Shown here in pieces: positions 1 through 11,900 of a DNA stretch of 58,765 nucleotides. Under the pieces are notes generated by a model. It was not told where the DNA came from. It did not search any database and saw only the letters and a list, made by a program, of their open reading frames with translations. Source of the stretch: Takakia lepidozioides (Eukaryota; Plantae; Bryophyta); contig JAKLZA010000367.1 of the NCBI GenBank assembly GCA_030704615.1, positions 1 through 58,765 of the forward strand. Direction: 5' to 3'. The stretch's first letter is position 1, and each line of letters begins with the position of its first letter. The position numbers and the translations under genes were made by a program.

Positions 1-96
1 GTAGGCGCCGCGCCCATCGTTTTTTCTAAGTGCTTAAAGCACCTCCTTCTCCCCCCCCATTTTCATTGTTCTTTGGGAGAGATGGAGTTAAGAGAG

Positions 97-109
97 TAGG
101 GTTTAGGGT
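97..109 (-). promoter_or_regulatory. Telo-box / plant telomere-like motif (AAACCCTA on the minus strand)
   Basis: TAGGGTTTAGGGT at 97-109; TAGGGTTT is the reverse complement of the plant telo-box AAACCCTA. Function is not shown. Confidence 0.4.
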
Positions 110-309
110 GGAGGAGAAACCAACCTGGTGCTGAGCGCGAGGTGGTCGCAAGATGGAGAGGAGGTCGTCCCAACGTCGCGCTCAAATGCTGCAGGTAAGT
201 TGTGCCTCCTCCTTCACTTTCTCTCTTGCTCTCTTGCCCGAAACTCGGGCTCACATCTCTCTCCCCTATGTGGTAGAAACGCCGTGCAAAGACGGGAGCA
301 AAAGAAGCT

Positions 310-311
<2 letters not shown>

Positions 312-343
<32 letters not shown>
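312..343. repeat. (AG)16 microsatellite
   Basis: Perfect AG dinucleotide run read directly from the sequence. Confidence 0.97.
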
Positions 344-346
<3 letters not shown>

Positions 347-576
347 TGGGTGAGCGGGGGAGAGAGGCCCTGTAGTGGCGGGGACCCGCGCCGTTGGCAG
401 CCGCGACAGCAACGGCAGCAGCGCCGGCACCACACCAACAGCAGCAGCAGAGGTAGGTCAGGGTAGAGAGATGGTCTATGGCTTTGTCTCTGTCATGTGG
501 TAACAAGGGAAAGATGTTGAGAGTTGTCCATAATTTGTATGTCACACCAAAGTTGACAGTCACCGCCCTCCACTCA

Positions 577-603
577 TTTTTATTTTATTTTTTATTTTAT
601 TTT
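577..603. repeat. Short (TTTTA)n low-complexity repeat
   Basis: T-runs interrupted by single A residues. Confidence 0.8.
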
Positions 604-697
604 CTTTGTTGCCTAATCTCTCCCTCTGGAAACTGGGCTTACGAAATTCTTGTCCCAACTTCCATCTTTGAAAAATTCAAAATTAGGTTGTAGGGAA

Positions 698-1140
698 TCT
701 GGATGATTTTCATCCAGAATACATCTTTCTCTTCTGGTGAGATATTTCTTCATTAATACCTATGATTTTTTCATCCTAACCTACCCGGATATCAATCCGG
801 AATATACTGATTGTAAAATACCCGCCATTTTTCATCCAACCTGGATAAAAAAGACTTTATCTGATGGGACCTAAATACCTATGGATGATTATGAAGTACC
901 TATGTTTTATTCATCCACACTGGATGGAAAATAGTGTATGTCCGTCGGGTTCAAGACAGGTATAAATGAATTAAAAAGCCCCGAATTTTTTCATCTAACC
1001 TAGATGAAAAACGAACCACATCCGTCGGGTTCAAGGCAGAGGATGAACACCCGATGTTTTTCATCTTCCCTGAATGGGAAACGGACAATGTCCGTCGGGT
1101 ATATAGTCTGGTGGATGTTTTTCATCCTATAAAGGATGAA
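698..1140. repeat. Degenerate ~70-80-bp tandem repeat with TTTTCATCC/GGATGAAAA palindromes; possible DNA-transposon subterminal region
   Basis: TCCGTCGGGT at 941, 1021 and 1091. TTCATC(C/T) motifs near 711, 770, 831, 910, 990, 1060 and 1121, mostly paired with an inverted copy. The transposon interpretation is inference; no TIR pair or TSD was found. Confidence 0.7.
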
Positions 1141-1388
1141 TGACGAACTGGACAAGGTAAAGCCCTGCGCAACCCTAGTGTCTTTCTTTTTGCGCTGCGA
1201 GAGTGCGCGCGGGAAGCTTGGAGGTGGCGATGGTGCTCGTACTGCAAATCCCGTGAGTTACCAATCCCTGGAGTGTTTAAGGCTCTTGTGAGCGCCGCCT
1301 CTGCCGGCTCTTTAAGGCGATGGCGGTGGCTTAGAGATGAGAAAAGATTCACTGTCTCATCTGTCTGTTTTTTTGCTGCACAAGGGAA

Positions 1389-2980
1389 AAGTAACATAAA
1401 CATACATAGGGTTGTATGGGCATTAAGAAAGAGAACATCAGGTCTTGATGTGTTGTTTCAAAGCACTATCAACCCCATGCCACAGTGAAAAAACAATGAT
1501 ATTAAAAACCATCTTGCCATCAAGCTATAAACAGGTCTGTTTGACTTATCAAAAGCAAGACAGGGCCTTAAAACTTTGTGAAGTCCAAATCAGCACCCTC
1601 CCAGAATTAAAGGCATGCTCAATAGATCAGCTAGCAGCAGGTTGCATTCCTCAAGAGCCACAACGGGCTTTCAAAGAGAAATTGTCTTTTACAACAGCCT
1701 TCTCAACTACCATGCAGAGTAGTTTACCAAGCAAAAAAGGAGAGCTGTTGGAACTGATTGTAAGGCATGCAACATAGTCATAAACCTATTTCCTTTTAAA
1801 GAAAGTCCACCCATCAGCCGGACAGGTGTAAACATGCCATGGAACAGAAATTAAGATATCACTCCAGAACCAATTTACAACCAATATAAATGTGACTGAT
1901 TTATTACACCATGCTTAAACACTTGCATAGTAGTTTCTAAGTAAGAGAAACATACATAGGGCTGTATGGGCATCAAGAAAGAGAACAGATCAGGTCTTGA
2001 TGTGTTATTTCAAAGCTGTATGACTTATCAAAAGCAAGACAGGGCCTTAAAACTTTGTGAAGTCCAAATCAGCACCCTGCCAGAATTAAAGGCATGCTCA
2101 ATAGATATCAGCTAGCAGCAGGTTACATTCCTCAAGAGCCACAACAGGCTTTCAAAGAAAATTGTCTTTTACAACAACCTTCACAAGTACCCTGCAGAGT
2201 AGTTTACCAAGCAAAAAAGGAGAGATAGAGCTGTTGGAACTGATTGTAAGGCATGCAACATGGTCACAAAACTATTTTCTTTTAGAGAAAGTCCACCACC
2301 CATCAGCCAGACAGGTGTAAACATGCCATGGAACATAAATTAAGCTTGGAGATATCATTCCAGAACCAACTTACAACCAATATAAATGTGACTGATTTAT
2401 TACACCATGCTTAAACACTTGCATAGTAGTTTCTAAGTAAGAGAAACATACATAGGGCTGTATGGGCATTAAGAAAGAGAACATCAGGTCTTGATGTGTT
2501 GTTTCAAAGCATTATCAACCCCATGCAACAGTAAAAAACAATCACATTAAAAACCAGCCTGCCCTCAAATATAAACAGGTCTGTTTGACTTATCAAAAGC
2601 AAGACATGGCCTTAAAACTTTGTGAAGTCCAAATCAGCACCCTGCCAGAATTAAAGGCATGCTCAATAGATATCAGCTAGCAGCAGGTTACATTCCTCAA
2701 GAGCCACAACGGGCTTTTCAAAGAAAATTGTCTTTTCAACAGCCTTCTCAGTACCCTCAGAGTAGTTTACCAGCAGAAAGGAGAGATAGAGCTGTTGGAA
2801 CTGATTGTAAGGCATGCAACATTTCTTTTCAAGAACGTCCACCACCCATCAGCCAGACAGGTGTAAACATGCCATGGAACATAAATTAAGCCTGGAGATA
2901 TCACTCCAGAACCAACTTACAACCAATATAAATGTGACTGATTTATTACACCATGCTTAAACACTTGCATAGTAGTTTCT
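1389..2980 (+). repeat. Diverged edge monomers (copies 1-3) of the 565-bp array
   Basis: Multiple substitutions and multi-base deletions relative to consensus: loss of CCTGGAG near 1855, a ~71-bp deletion at 2016/2017 and a ~15-bp deletion near 2822. Confidence 0.9.
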
Positions 2981-5900
2981 AAGTAAGAGAAACGTACATA
3001 GGGCTGTATGGGCATTAAGAAAGAGAACATCAGGTCTTGATGTGTTGTTTCAAAAGCATTATCAACCCCATGCAACAGTAAAAAACAATCACATTAAAAA
3101 CCAGCCTGCCCTCAAATATAAACAGGTCTGTTTGACTTATCAAAAGCAAGACATGGCCTTAAAACTTTGTGAAGTCCAAATCAGCACCCTGCCAGAATTA
3201 AAGGCATGCTCAAAGATATCAGCTAGCAGCAGGTTACATTCCTCAAGAGCCACAACGGGCTTTCAAAGAAAATTGTCTTTTACAACAGCCTTCTCAGGTA
3301 CCCTGCAGAGTAGTTTACCAAGCAGAAAAGGAGAGATAGAGCTGTTGGAACTGATTGTAAGGCATGCAACATGGTCACAAATTTATTTTCTTTTAAAGAA
3401 CGTCCACCCACCCCATCAGCCAGACAGGTGTAAACATGCCATGGAACATAAATTAAGCCTGGAGATATCACTCCAGAACCAACTTACAACCAATATAAAT
3501 GTGACTGATTTATTACACCATGCTTAAACACTTGCATAGTAGTTTCTAAGTAAGAGAAACGTACATAGGGCTGTATGGGCATTAAGAAAGAGAACATCAG
3601 GTCTTGATGTGTTGTTTCAAAGCATTATCAACCCCATGCAACAGTAAAAAACTCACATTAAAAACCAGCCTGCCCTCAAATATAAACAGGTCTGTTTGAC
3701 TTATCAAAGCAAGACATGGCCTTAAAACTTTGTGAAGTCCAAATCAGCACCCTGCCAGAATTAAAGGCATGCTCAATAGATATCAGCTAGCAGCAGGTTA
3801 CATTCCTCAAGAGCCACAACGGGCTTTCAAAGAAAATTGTCTTTTACAACAGCCTTCTCAGGTACCCTGCAGAGTAGTTTACCAAGCAGAAAAGGAGAGA
3901 TAGAGCTGTTGGAACTGATTGTAAGGCATGCAACATGGTCACAAATTTATTTTCTTTTAAAGAACGTCCACCACCCATCAGCCAGACAGGTGTAAACATG
4001 CCATGGAACATAAATTAAGCCTGGAGATATCACTCCAGAACCAACTTACAACCAATATAAATGTGACTGATTTATTACACCATGCTTAAACACTTGCATA
4101 GTAGTTTCTAAGTAAGAGAAACGTACATAGGGCTGTATGGGCATTAAGAAAGAGAACATCAGGTCTTGATGTGTTGTTTCAAAGCATTATCAACCCCATG
4201 CAACAGTAAAAAACAATCACATTAAAAACCAGCCTGCCTCAAATATAAACAGGTCTGTTTGACTTATCAAAAGCAAGACATGGCCTTAAAACTTTGTGAA
4301 GTCCAAATCAGCACCCTGCCAGAATTAAAGGCATGCTCAACAGATATCAGCTAGCAGCAGGTTACATTCCTCAAGAGCCACAACGGGCTTTCAAAGAAAA
4401 TTGTCTTTTACAACAGCCTTCTCAGGTACCCTGCAGAGTAGTTTACCAAGCAGAAAAGGAGAGATAGAGCTGTTGGAACTGATTGTAAGGCATGCAACAT
4501 GGTCACAAATTTATTTTCTTTTAAAGAACGTCCACCACCCATCAGCCAGACAGGTGTAAACATGCCATGGAACATAAATTAAGCCTGGAGATATCACTCC
4601 AGAACCAACTTACAACCAATATAATGTGACTGATTTATTACACCATGCTTAAACACTTGCATAGTAGTTTCTAAGTAAGAGAAACGTACATAGGGCTGTA
4701 TGGGCATTAAGAAAGAGAACATCAGGTCTTGATGTGTTGTTTCAAAGCATTATCAACCCCATGCAACAGTAAAAAACAATCACATTAAAAACCAGCCTGC
4801 CCTCAAATATAAACAGGTCTGTTGACTTATCAAAAGCAAGACATGGCCTTAAAACTTTGTGAAGTCCAAATCAGCACCCTGCCAGAATTAAAGGCATGCT
4901 CAACAGATATCAGCTAGCAGCAGGTTACATTCCTCAAGAGCCACAACGGGCTTTCAAAGAAATTGTCTTTTACAACAGCCTTCTCAGGTACCCTGCAGGT
5001 AGTTTACCAAGCAGAAAAGGAGAGATAGAGCTGTTGGAACTGATTGTAAGGCATGCAACATGGTCACAAATTTATTTTCTTTTAAAGAACGTCCACCACC
5101 CATCAGCCAGACAGGTGTAAACATGCCATGGAACATAAATTAAGCCTGGAGATATCACTCCAGAACCAACTTACAACCAATATAAATGTGACTGATTTAT
5201 TACACCATGCTTAAACACTTGCATAGTAGTTTCTAAGTAAGAGAAACGTACATAGGGCTGTATGGGCATTAAGAAAGAGAACATCAGGTCTTGATGTGTT
5301 GTTTCAAAGCATTATCAACCCCATGCAACAGTAAAAAACAATCACATTAAAAACCAGCCTGCCCTCAAATATAAACAGGTCTGTTTGACTTATCAAAAGC
5401 AAGACATGGCCTTAAACTTTGTGAAGTCCAAATCAGCACCCTGCCAGAATTAAAGGCATGCTCAACAGATATCAGCTAGCAGCAGGTTACATTCCTCAAG
5501 AGCCACAACGGGCTTTCAAAGAAAATTGTCTTTTACAACAGCCTTCTCAGGTACCCTGCAGAGTAGTTTACCAAGCAGAAAAGGAGAGATAGAGCTGTTG
5601 GAACTGATTGTAAGGCATGCAACATGGTCACAAATTTATTTTCTTTTAAAGAACGTCCACCACCCATCAGCCAGACAGGTGTAAACATGCCATGGAACAT
5701 AAATTAAGCCTGGAGATATCACTCCAGAACCAACTTACAACCAATATAAATGTGACTGATTTATTACACCATGCTTAAACACTTGCATAGTAGTTTCTAA
5801 GTAAGAGAAACGTACATAGGGCTGTATGGGCATTAAGAAAGAGAACATCAGGTCTTGATGTGTTGTTTCAAAGCATTATCAACCCCATGCAACAGTAAAA

Positions 5901-8900
5901 AACAATCACATTAAAAACCAGCCTGCCCTCAAATATAAACAGGTCTGTTTGACTTATCAAAAGCAAGACATGGCCTTAAAACTTTGTGAAGTCCAAATCA
6001 GCACCCTGCCAGAATTAAAGGCATGCTCAACAGATATCAGCTAGCAGCAGGTTACATTCCTCAAGAGCCACAACGGGCTTTCAAAGAAAATTGTCTTTTA
6101 CAACAGCCTTCTCAGGTACCCTGCAGAGTAGTTTACCAAGCAGAAAAGGAGAGATAGAGCTGTTGGAACTGATTTGTAAGGCATGCAACATGGTCACAAA
6201 TTTATTTTCTTTTAAAGAACGTCCACCACCCATCAGCCAGACAGGTGTAAACATGCCATGGAACATAAATTAAGCCTGGAGATATCACTCCAGAACCAAC
6301 TTACAACCAATATAAATGTGACTGATTTATTACACCATGCTTAAACACTTGCATAGTAGTTTCTAAGTAAGAGAAACGTACATAGGGCTGTATGGGCATT
6401 AAGAAAGAGAACATCAGGTCTTGATGTGTTGTTTCAAAGCATTATCAACCCCATGCAACAGTAAAAAACATCACATTAAAAACCAGCCTGCCCTCAAATA
6501 TAAACAGGTCTGTTTGACTTATCAAAAGCAAGACATGGCCTTAAAACTTTGTGAAGTCCAAATCAGCACCCTGCCAGAATTAAAGGCATGCTCAACAGAT
6601 ATCAGCTAGCAGCAGGTTACATTCCTCAAGAGCCACAACGGGCTTTCAAAGAAAATTGTCTTTTACAACAGCCTTCTCAGGTACCCTGCAGAGTAGTTTA
6701 CCAAGCAGAAAAGGAGAGATAGAGCTGTTGGAACTGATTGTAAGGCATGCAACATGGTCACAATTATTTATTTTCTTTTAAAGAACGTCCACCACCCATC
6801 AGCCAGACAGGTGTAAACATGCCATGGAACATAAATTAAGCCTGGAGATATCACTCCAGAACCAACTTACAACCAATATAAATGTGACTGATTTATTACA
6901 CCATGCTTAAAACACTTGCATAGTAGTTTCTAAGTAAGAGAAACGTACATAGGCTGTATGGGCATTAAGAAAGAGAACATCAGGTCTTGATGTGTTGTTT
7001 CAAAGCATTATCAACCCCATGCAACAGTAAAAAACATCACATTAAAAACCAGCCTGCCCTCAAATATAAACAGGTCTGTTTGACTTATCAAAAGCAAGAC
7101 ATGGCCTTAAAACTTTGTGAAGTCCAAATCAGCACCCTGCCAGAATTAAAGGCATGCTCAACAGATATCAGCTAGCAGCAGGTTACATTCCTCAAGAGCC
7201 ACAACGGGCTTTCAAAGAAAATTGTCTTTTACAACAGCCTTCTCAGGTACCCTGCAGAGTAGTTTACCAAGCAGAAAAGGAGAGATAGAGCTGTTGGAAC
7301 TGATTGTAAGGCATGCAACATGGTCACAAATTTATTTTCTTTAAAGAACGTCCACCACCCATCAGCCAGACAGGTGTAAACATGCCATGGAACATAAATT
7401 AAGCCTGGAGATATCACTCCAGAACCAACTTACAACCAATATAAATGTGACTGATTTATTACACCATGCTTAAACACTTGCATAGTAGTTTCTAAGTAAG
7501 AGAAACGTACATAGGGCTGTATGGGCATTAAGAAAGAGAACATCAGGTCTTGATGTGTTTTTCAAAGCATTATCAACCCCATGCAACACAAAAAAACAAT
7601 CACATTAAAAACCAGCCTGCCCTCAAATATAAACAGGTCTGTTTGACTTATCAAAAGCAAGACATGGCCTTAAAACTTTGTGAAGTCCAAATCAGCACCC
7701 TGCCAGAATTAAAGGCATGCTCAACAGATATCAGCTAGCAGCAGGTTACATTCCTCAAGAGCCACAACGGGCTTTCAAAGAAAATTGTCTTTTACAACAG
7801 CCTTCTCAGGTACCCTGCAGAGTAGTTTACCAAGCAGAAAAGGAGAGATAGAGCTGTTGGAACTGATTGTAAGGCATGCAACATGGTCACAAATTTATTT
7901 TCTTTTAAAGAACGTCCACCCACCCATCAGCCAGACAGGTGTAAACATGCCATGGAACATAAATTAAGCCTGGAGATATCACTCCAGAACCAACTTACAA
8001 CCAATATAAATGTGACTGATTTATTACACCATGCTTAAACACTTGCATAGTAGTTTCTAAGTAAGAGAAACGTACATAGGGCTGTATGGGCATTAAGAAA
8101 GAGAACATCAGGTCTTGATGTGTTGTTTCAAAGCATTATCAACCCCATGCAACAGTAAAAAACAATCACATTAAAAACAGCCTGCCCTCAAATATAAACA
8201 GGTCTGTTTGACTTATCAAAAGCAAGACATGGCCTTAAAACTTTGTGAAGTCCAAATCAGCACCCTGCCAGAATTAAAGGCATGCTCAACAGATATCAGC
8301 TAGCAGCAGGTTACATTCCTCAAGAGCCACAACGGGCTTTCAAAGAAAATTGTCTTTTACAACAGCCTTCTCAGGTACCCTGCAGAGTAGTTTACCAAGC
8401 AGAAAAGGAGAGATAGAGCTGTTGGAACTGATTGTAAGGCATGCAACATGGTCACAATTTATTTTCTTTTAAAGAACGTCCACCACCCATCAGCCAGACA
8501 GGTGTAAACATGCCATGGAACATAAATTAAGCCTGGAGATATCACTCCAGAACCAACTTACAACCAATATAAATGTGACTGATTTATTACACCATGCTTA
8601 AACACTTGCATAGTAGTTTCTAAGTAAGAGAAACGTACATAGGGCTGTATGGGCATTAAGAAAGAGAACATCAGGTCTTGATGTGTTGTTTCAAAGCATT
8701 ATCAACCCCATGCAACAGTAAAAACAATCACATTAAAAACCAGCCTGCCCTCAAATATAAACAGGTCTGTTTGACTTATCAAAAGAAGACATGGCCTTAA
8801 ACTTTGTGAAGTCCAAATCAGCACCCTGCCAGAATAAAGGCATGCTCAACAGATATCAGCTAGCAGCAGGTTACATTCCTCAAGAGCCACAACGGGCTTT

Positions 8901-11900
8901 CAAGAAAATTGTCTTTTACAACAGCCTTCTCAGGTACCCTGCAGAGTAGTTTACCAAGCAGAAAAGGAGATAAGAGCTGTTGGAACTGATTGTAAGGCAT
9001 GCAACATGGTCACAAAATTTATTTTCTTTTAAAGAACGTCCACCACCCATCAGCCAGACAGTGTAAACATGCCATGGAACATAAATTAAGCCTGGAGATA
9101 TCACTCCAGAACCAACTTACAACCAATATAAATGTGACTGATTTATTACACCATGCTTAAACACTTGCATAGTAGTTCTAAGTAAGAGAAACGTACATAG
9201 GGCTGTATGGGCATTAAGAAAAGAACATCAGGTCTTGATGTGTTGTTTCAAAGCATTATCAACCCCATGCAACAGTAAAAAACAATCACATTAAAAACCA
9301 GCCTGCCCTCAAATATAAACAGGTCTGTTTGACTTATCAAAAGCAAGACATGGCCTTAAAACTTTGTGAAGTCCAAATCAGCACCCTGCCAAATTAAGGC
9401 ATGCTCAACAGATATCAGCTAGCAGCAGGTTACATTCCTCAAGAGCCACAACGGGCTTTCAAAGAAAATTGTCTTTTACAACAGCCTTCTCAGGTACCCT
9501 GCAGAGTAGTTTACCAAGCAGAAAAGGAGAGATAGAGCTGTTGGAACTGATTGTAAGGCATGCAACATGGTCACATTTAATATTTTCTTTTAAAGAACGT
9601 CCACCACCCATCAGCCAGACAGGTGTAAACATGCCATGGAACATAAATTAAGCCTGGAGATATCACTCCAGAACCAACTTACAACCAATATAAATGTGAC
9701 TGATTTATTACACCATGCTTAAACACTTGCATAGTAGTTTTTCTAAGTAAGAGAAACGTACATAGGGCTGTATGGGCATTAAGAAAGAGAACATCAGGTC
9801 TTGATGTGTTGTTTCAAAGCATTATCAACCCCATGCAACAGTAAAAAAACAATCACATTAAAACCACAGCCTGCCCTCAAATATAAACAGGTCTGTTTGA
9901 CTTATCAAAAGCAAGACATGGCCTTAAAACTTGTGAAGTCCAATCAGCACCCTGCCAGAATTAAAGGCATGCTCAACAGATATCACTAGCAGCAGGTTAC
10001 ATTCCTCAAGAGCCACAACGGGCTTTCAAAGAAAATTGTCTTTACAACAGCCTTCTCAGGTACCCTGCAGAGTAGTTTACCAAGCAGAAAGGAGAGATAG
10101 AGCTGTTGGAACTGATTGTAAGGCATGCAACATGGTCACAAATTTATTTTCTTTTAAAGAACGTCCACCACCCATCAGCCAGACAGGTGTAAACATGCCA
10201 TGGAACATAAATTAAGCCTGGAGATATCACTCCAGAACCAACTTACAACAATATAAATGTGACTGATTTATTACACCATGCTTAAACACTTGCATAGTAG
10301 TTTCTAAGTAAGAGAAACGTACATAGGGCTGTATGGGCATTAAGAAAGAGAACATCAGGTCTTGATGTGTTGTTTCAAAGCATTATCAACCCCATGCAAC
10401 AGTAAAAAACAATCACATTAAAAACCAGCCTGCCCTCAAATATAAACAGGTCTGTTTGACTTATCAAAGCAAGACATGGCCTTAAAACTTTGTGAAGTCC
10501 AAATCAGCACCCTGCCAGAATTAAAGGCATGCTCAACAGATATCAGCTAGCAGCAGGTTACATTCCTCAAGAGCCACAACGGGCTTTCAAAGAAAATTGT
10601 CTTTTACAACAGCCTTCTCAGGTACCCTGCAGAGTAGTTTACCCAAGCAGAAAAGGAGAGATAGAGCTGTTGGAACTGATTGTAAGGCATGCAACATGGT
10701 CACAAATTTATTTTCTTTTAAAGAACGTCCACCACCCATCAGCCAGACAGGTGTAAACATGCCATGGAACATAAATTAAGCCTGGAGATATCACTCCAGA
10801 ACCAACTTACAACCAATATAAATGTGACTGATTTATTACACCATGCTTAAACACTTGCATAGTAGTTTTTCTAAGTAAGAGAAACGTACATAGGGCTGTA
10901 TGGGCATTAAGAAAGAGAACATCAGGTCTTGATGTGTTGTTTCAAAGCATTATCAACCCCATGCAACAGTAAAAAACAATCACATTAAAAACCAGCCTGC
11001 CCTCAATATAAACAGGTCTGTTTGACTTATCAAAAGCAAGACATGGCCTTAAAACTTTGTGAAGTCCAAATCAGCACCCTGCCAGAATTAAAGGCATGCT
11101 CAACAGATATCAGCTAGCAGCAGGTTACATTCCTCAAGAGCCACAACGGGCTTTCAAAGAAAATTGTCTTTACAACAGCCTTCTCAGGTACCCTGCAGAG
11201 TAGTTTACCAAGCAGAAAAGGAGAGATAGAGCTGTTGAACTGATTGTAAGGCATGCCACATGGTCACAAATTTATTTTTCTTTTAAAGAACGTCCACCAC
11301 CCATCACCAGACAGGTGTAAACATGCCATGGAACATAAATTAAGCCTGGAGATATCACTCCAGAAAACCAACTTACAACCAATATAAATGTGACTGATTT
11401 ATTACACCATGCTTAAACACTTGCATAGTAGTTTCTTCTAAGTAAGAAACGTACATAGGGCTGTATGGGCATTAAGAAAGAGAACATCAGGTCTTGATGT
11501 GTTGTTTCAAAGCATTATCAACCCCATGCAACAGTAAAAACAATCACATTAAAAACCAGCCTGCCTCAAATATAACAGGTCTGTTTGACTTATCAAAAGC
11601 AAGACATGGCCTTAAAACTTTGTGAAGTCCAAATCAGCACCCTGCCAGAATTAAAGGCATGCTCAACAGATATCAGCTAGCAGCAGGTTACATTCCTCAA
11701 GAGCCACAACGGGCTTTTCAAAGAAAATTGTCTTTTACAACAGCCTTCTCAGGTACCCTGCGAGTAGTTTACCAAGCAGAAAGGAGAGATAGAGCTGTTG
11801 GAACTGATTGTAAGGCATGCAACATGGTCACAATTTATTTTCTTTTAAAGAACGTCCACCACCCATCAGCCAGACAGGTGTAAACATGCCATGGAACATA

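Larger units (their letters stand above)
90..480 (-). other. GC/CpG-rich segment resembling a plant 5'UTR / promoter-proximal region on the minus strand (host gene or transposon-internal)
   Basis: The minus strand reads as CTG/GCC-rich sequence, a (CT)16 tract and then a telo-box, a composition typical of plant 5' leaders. No credible CDS is attached within the window. Confidence 0.3.

Noticed and set aside
192-200. Consensus splice donor CAG|GTAAGT on the + strand
   Set aside because: Isolated site with no supportable exon structure or downstream exon in the window.
63-693. Overlapping ORFs in the flank (SLSLSL / RERERE / CCCC tracts)
   Set aside because: They are translations of microsatellite and low-complexity GC-rich sequence with no recognisable protein family.
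941-1100. CRISPR-like regularly spaced repeats (TCCGTCGGGT x3)
   Set aside because: Repeats are only ~10-16 bp, the spacers resemble each other, there are no cas genes and the context is eukaryotic.
1171-1180. TAGTG as a CACTA terminus, or TAGGG (691) / CCCTA (1173-1177) as hAT TIRs
   Set aside because: Only 5-bp matches, no extended TIR and no matching target-site duplication visible.
3042-3527. 161-aa ORF spanning most of one monomer, and all other 60-110-aa ORFs in the array
   Set aside because: They appear only where private indels fuse frames. Consensus copies (17-52 kb) yield no ORF of 60 aa or more, 565 is not a multiple of 3, and no domain is recognisable.
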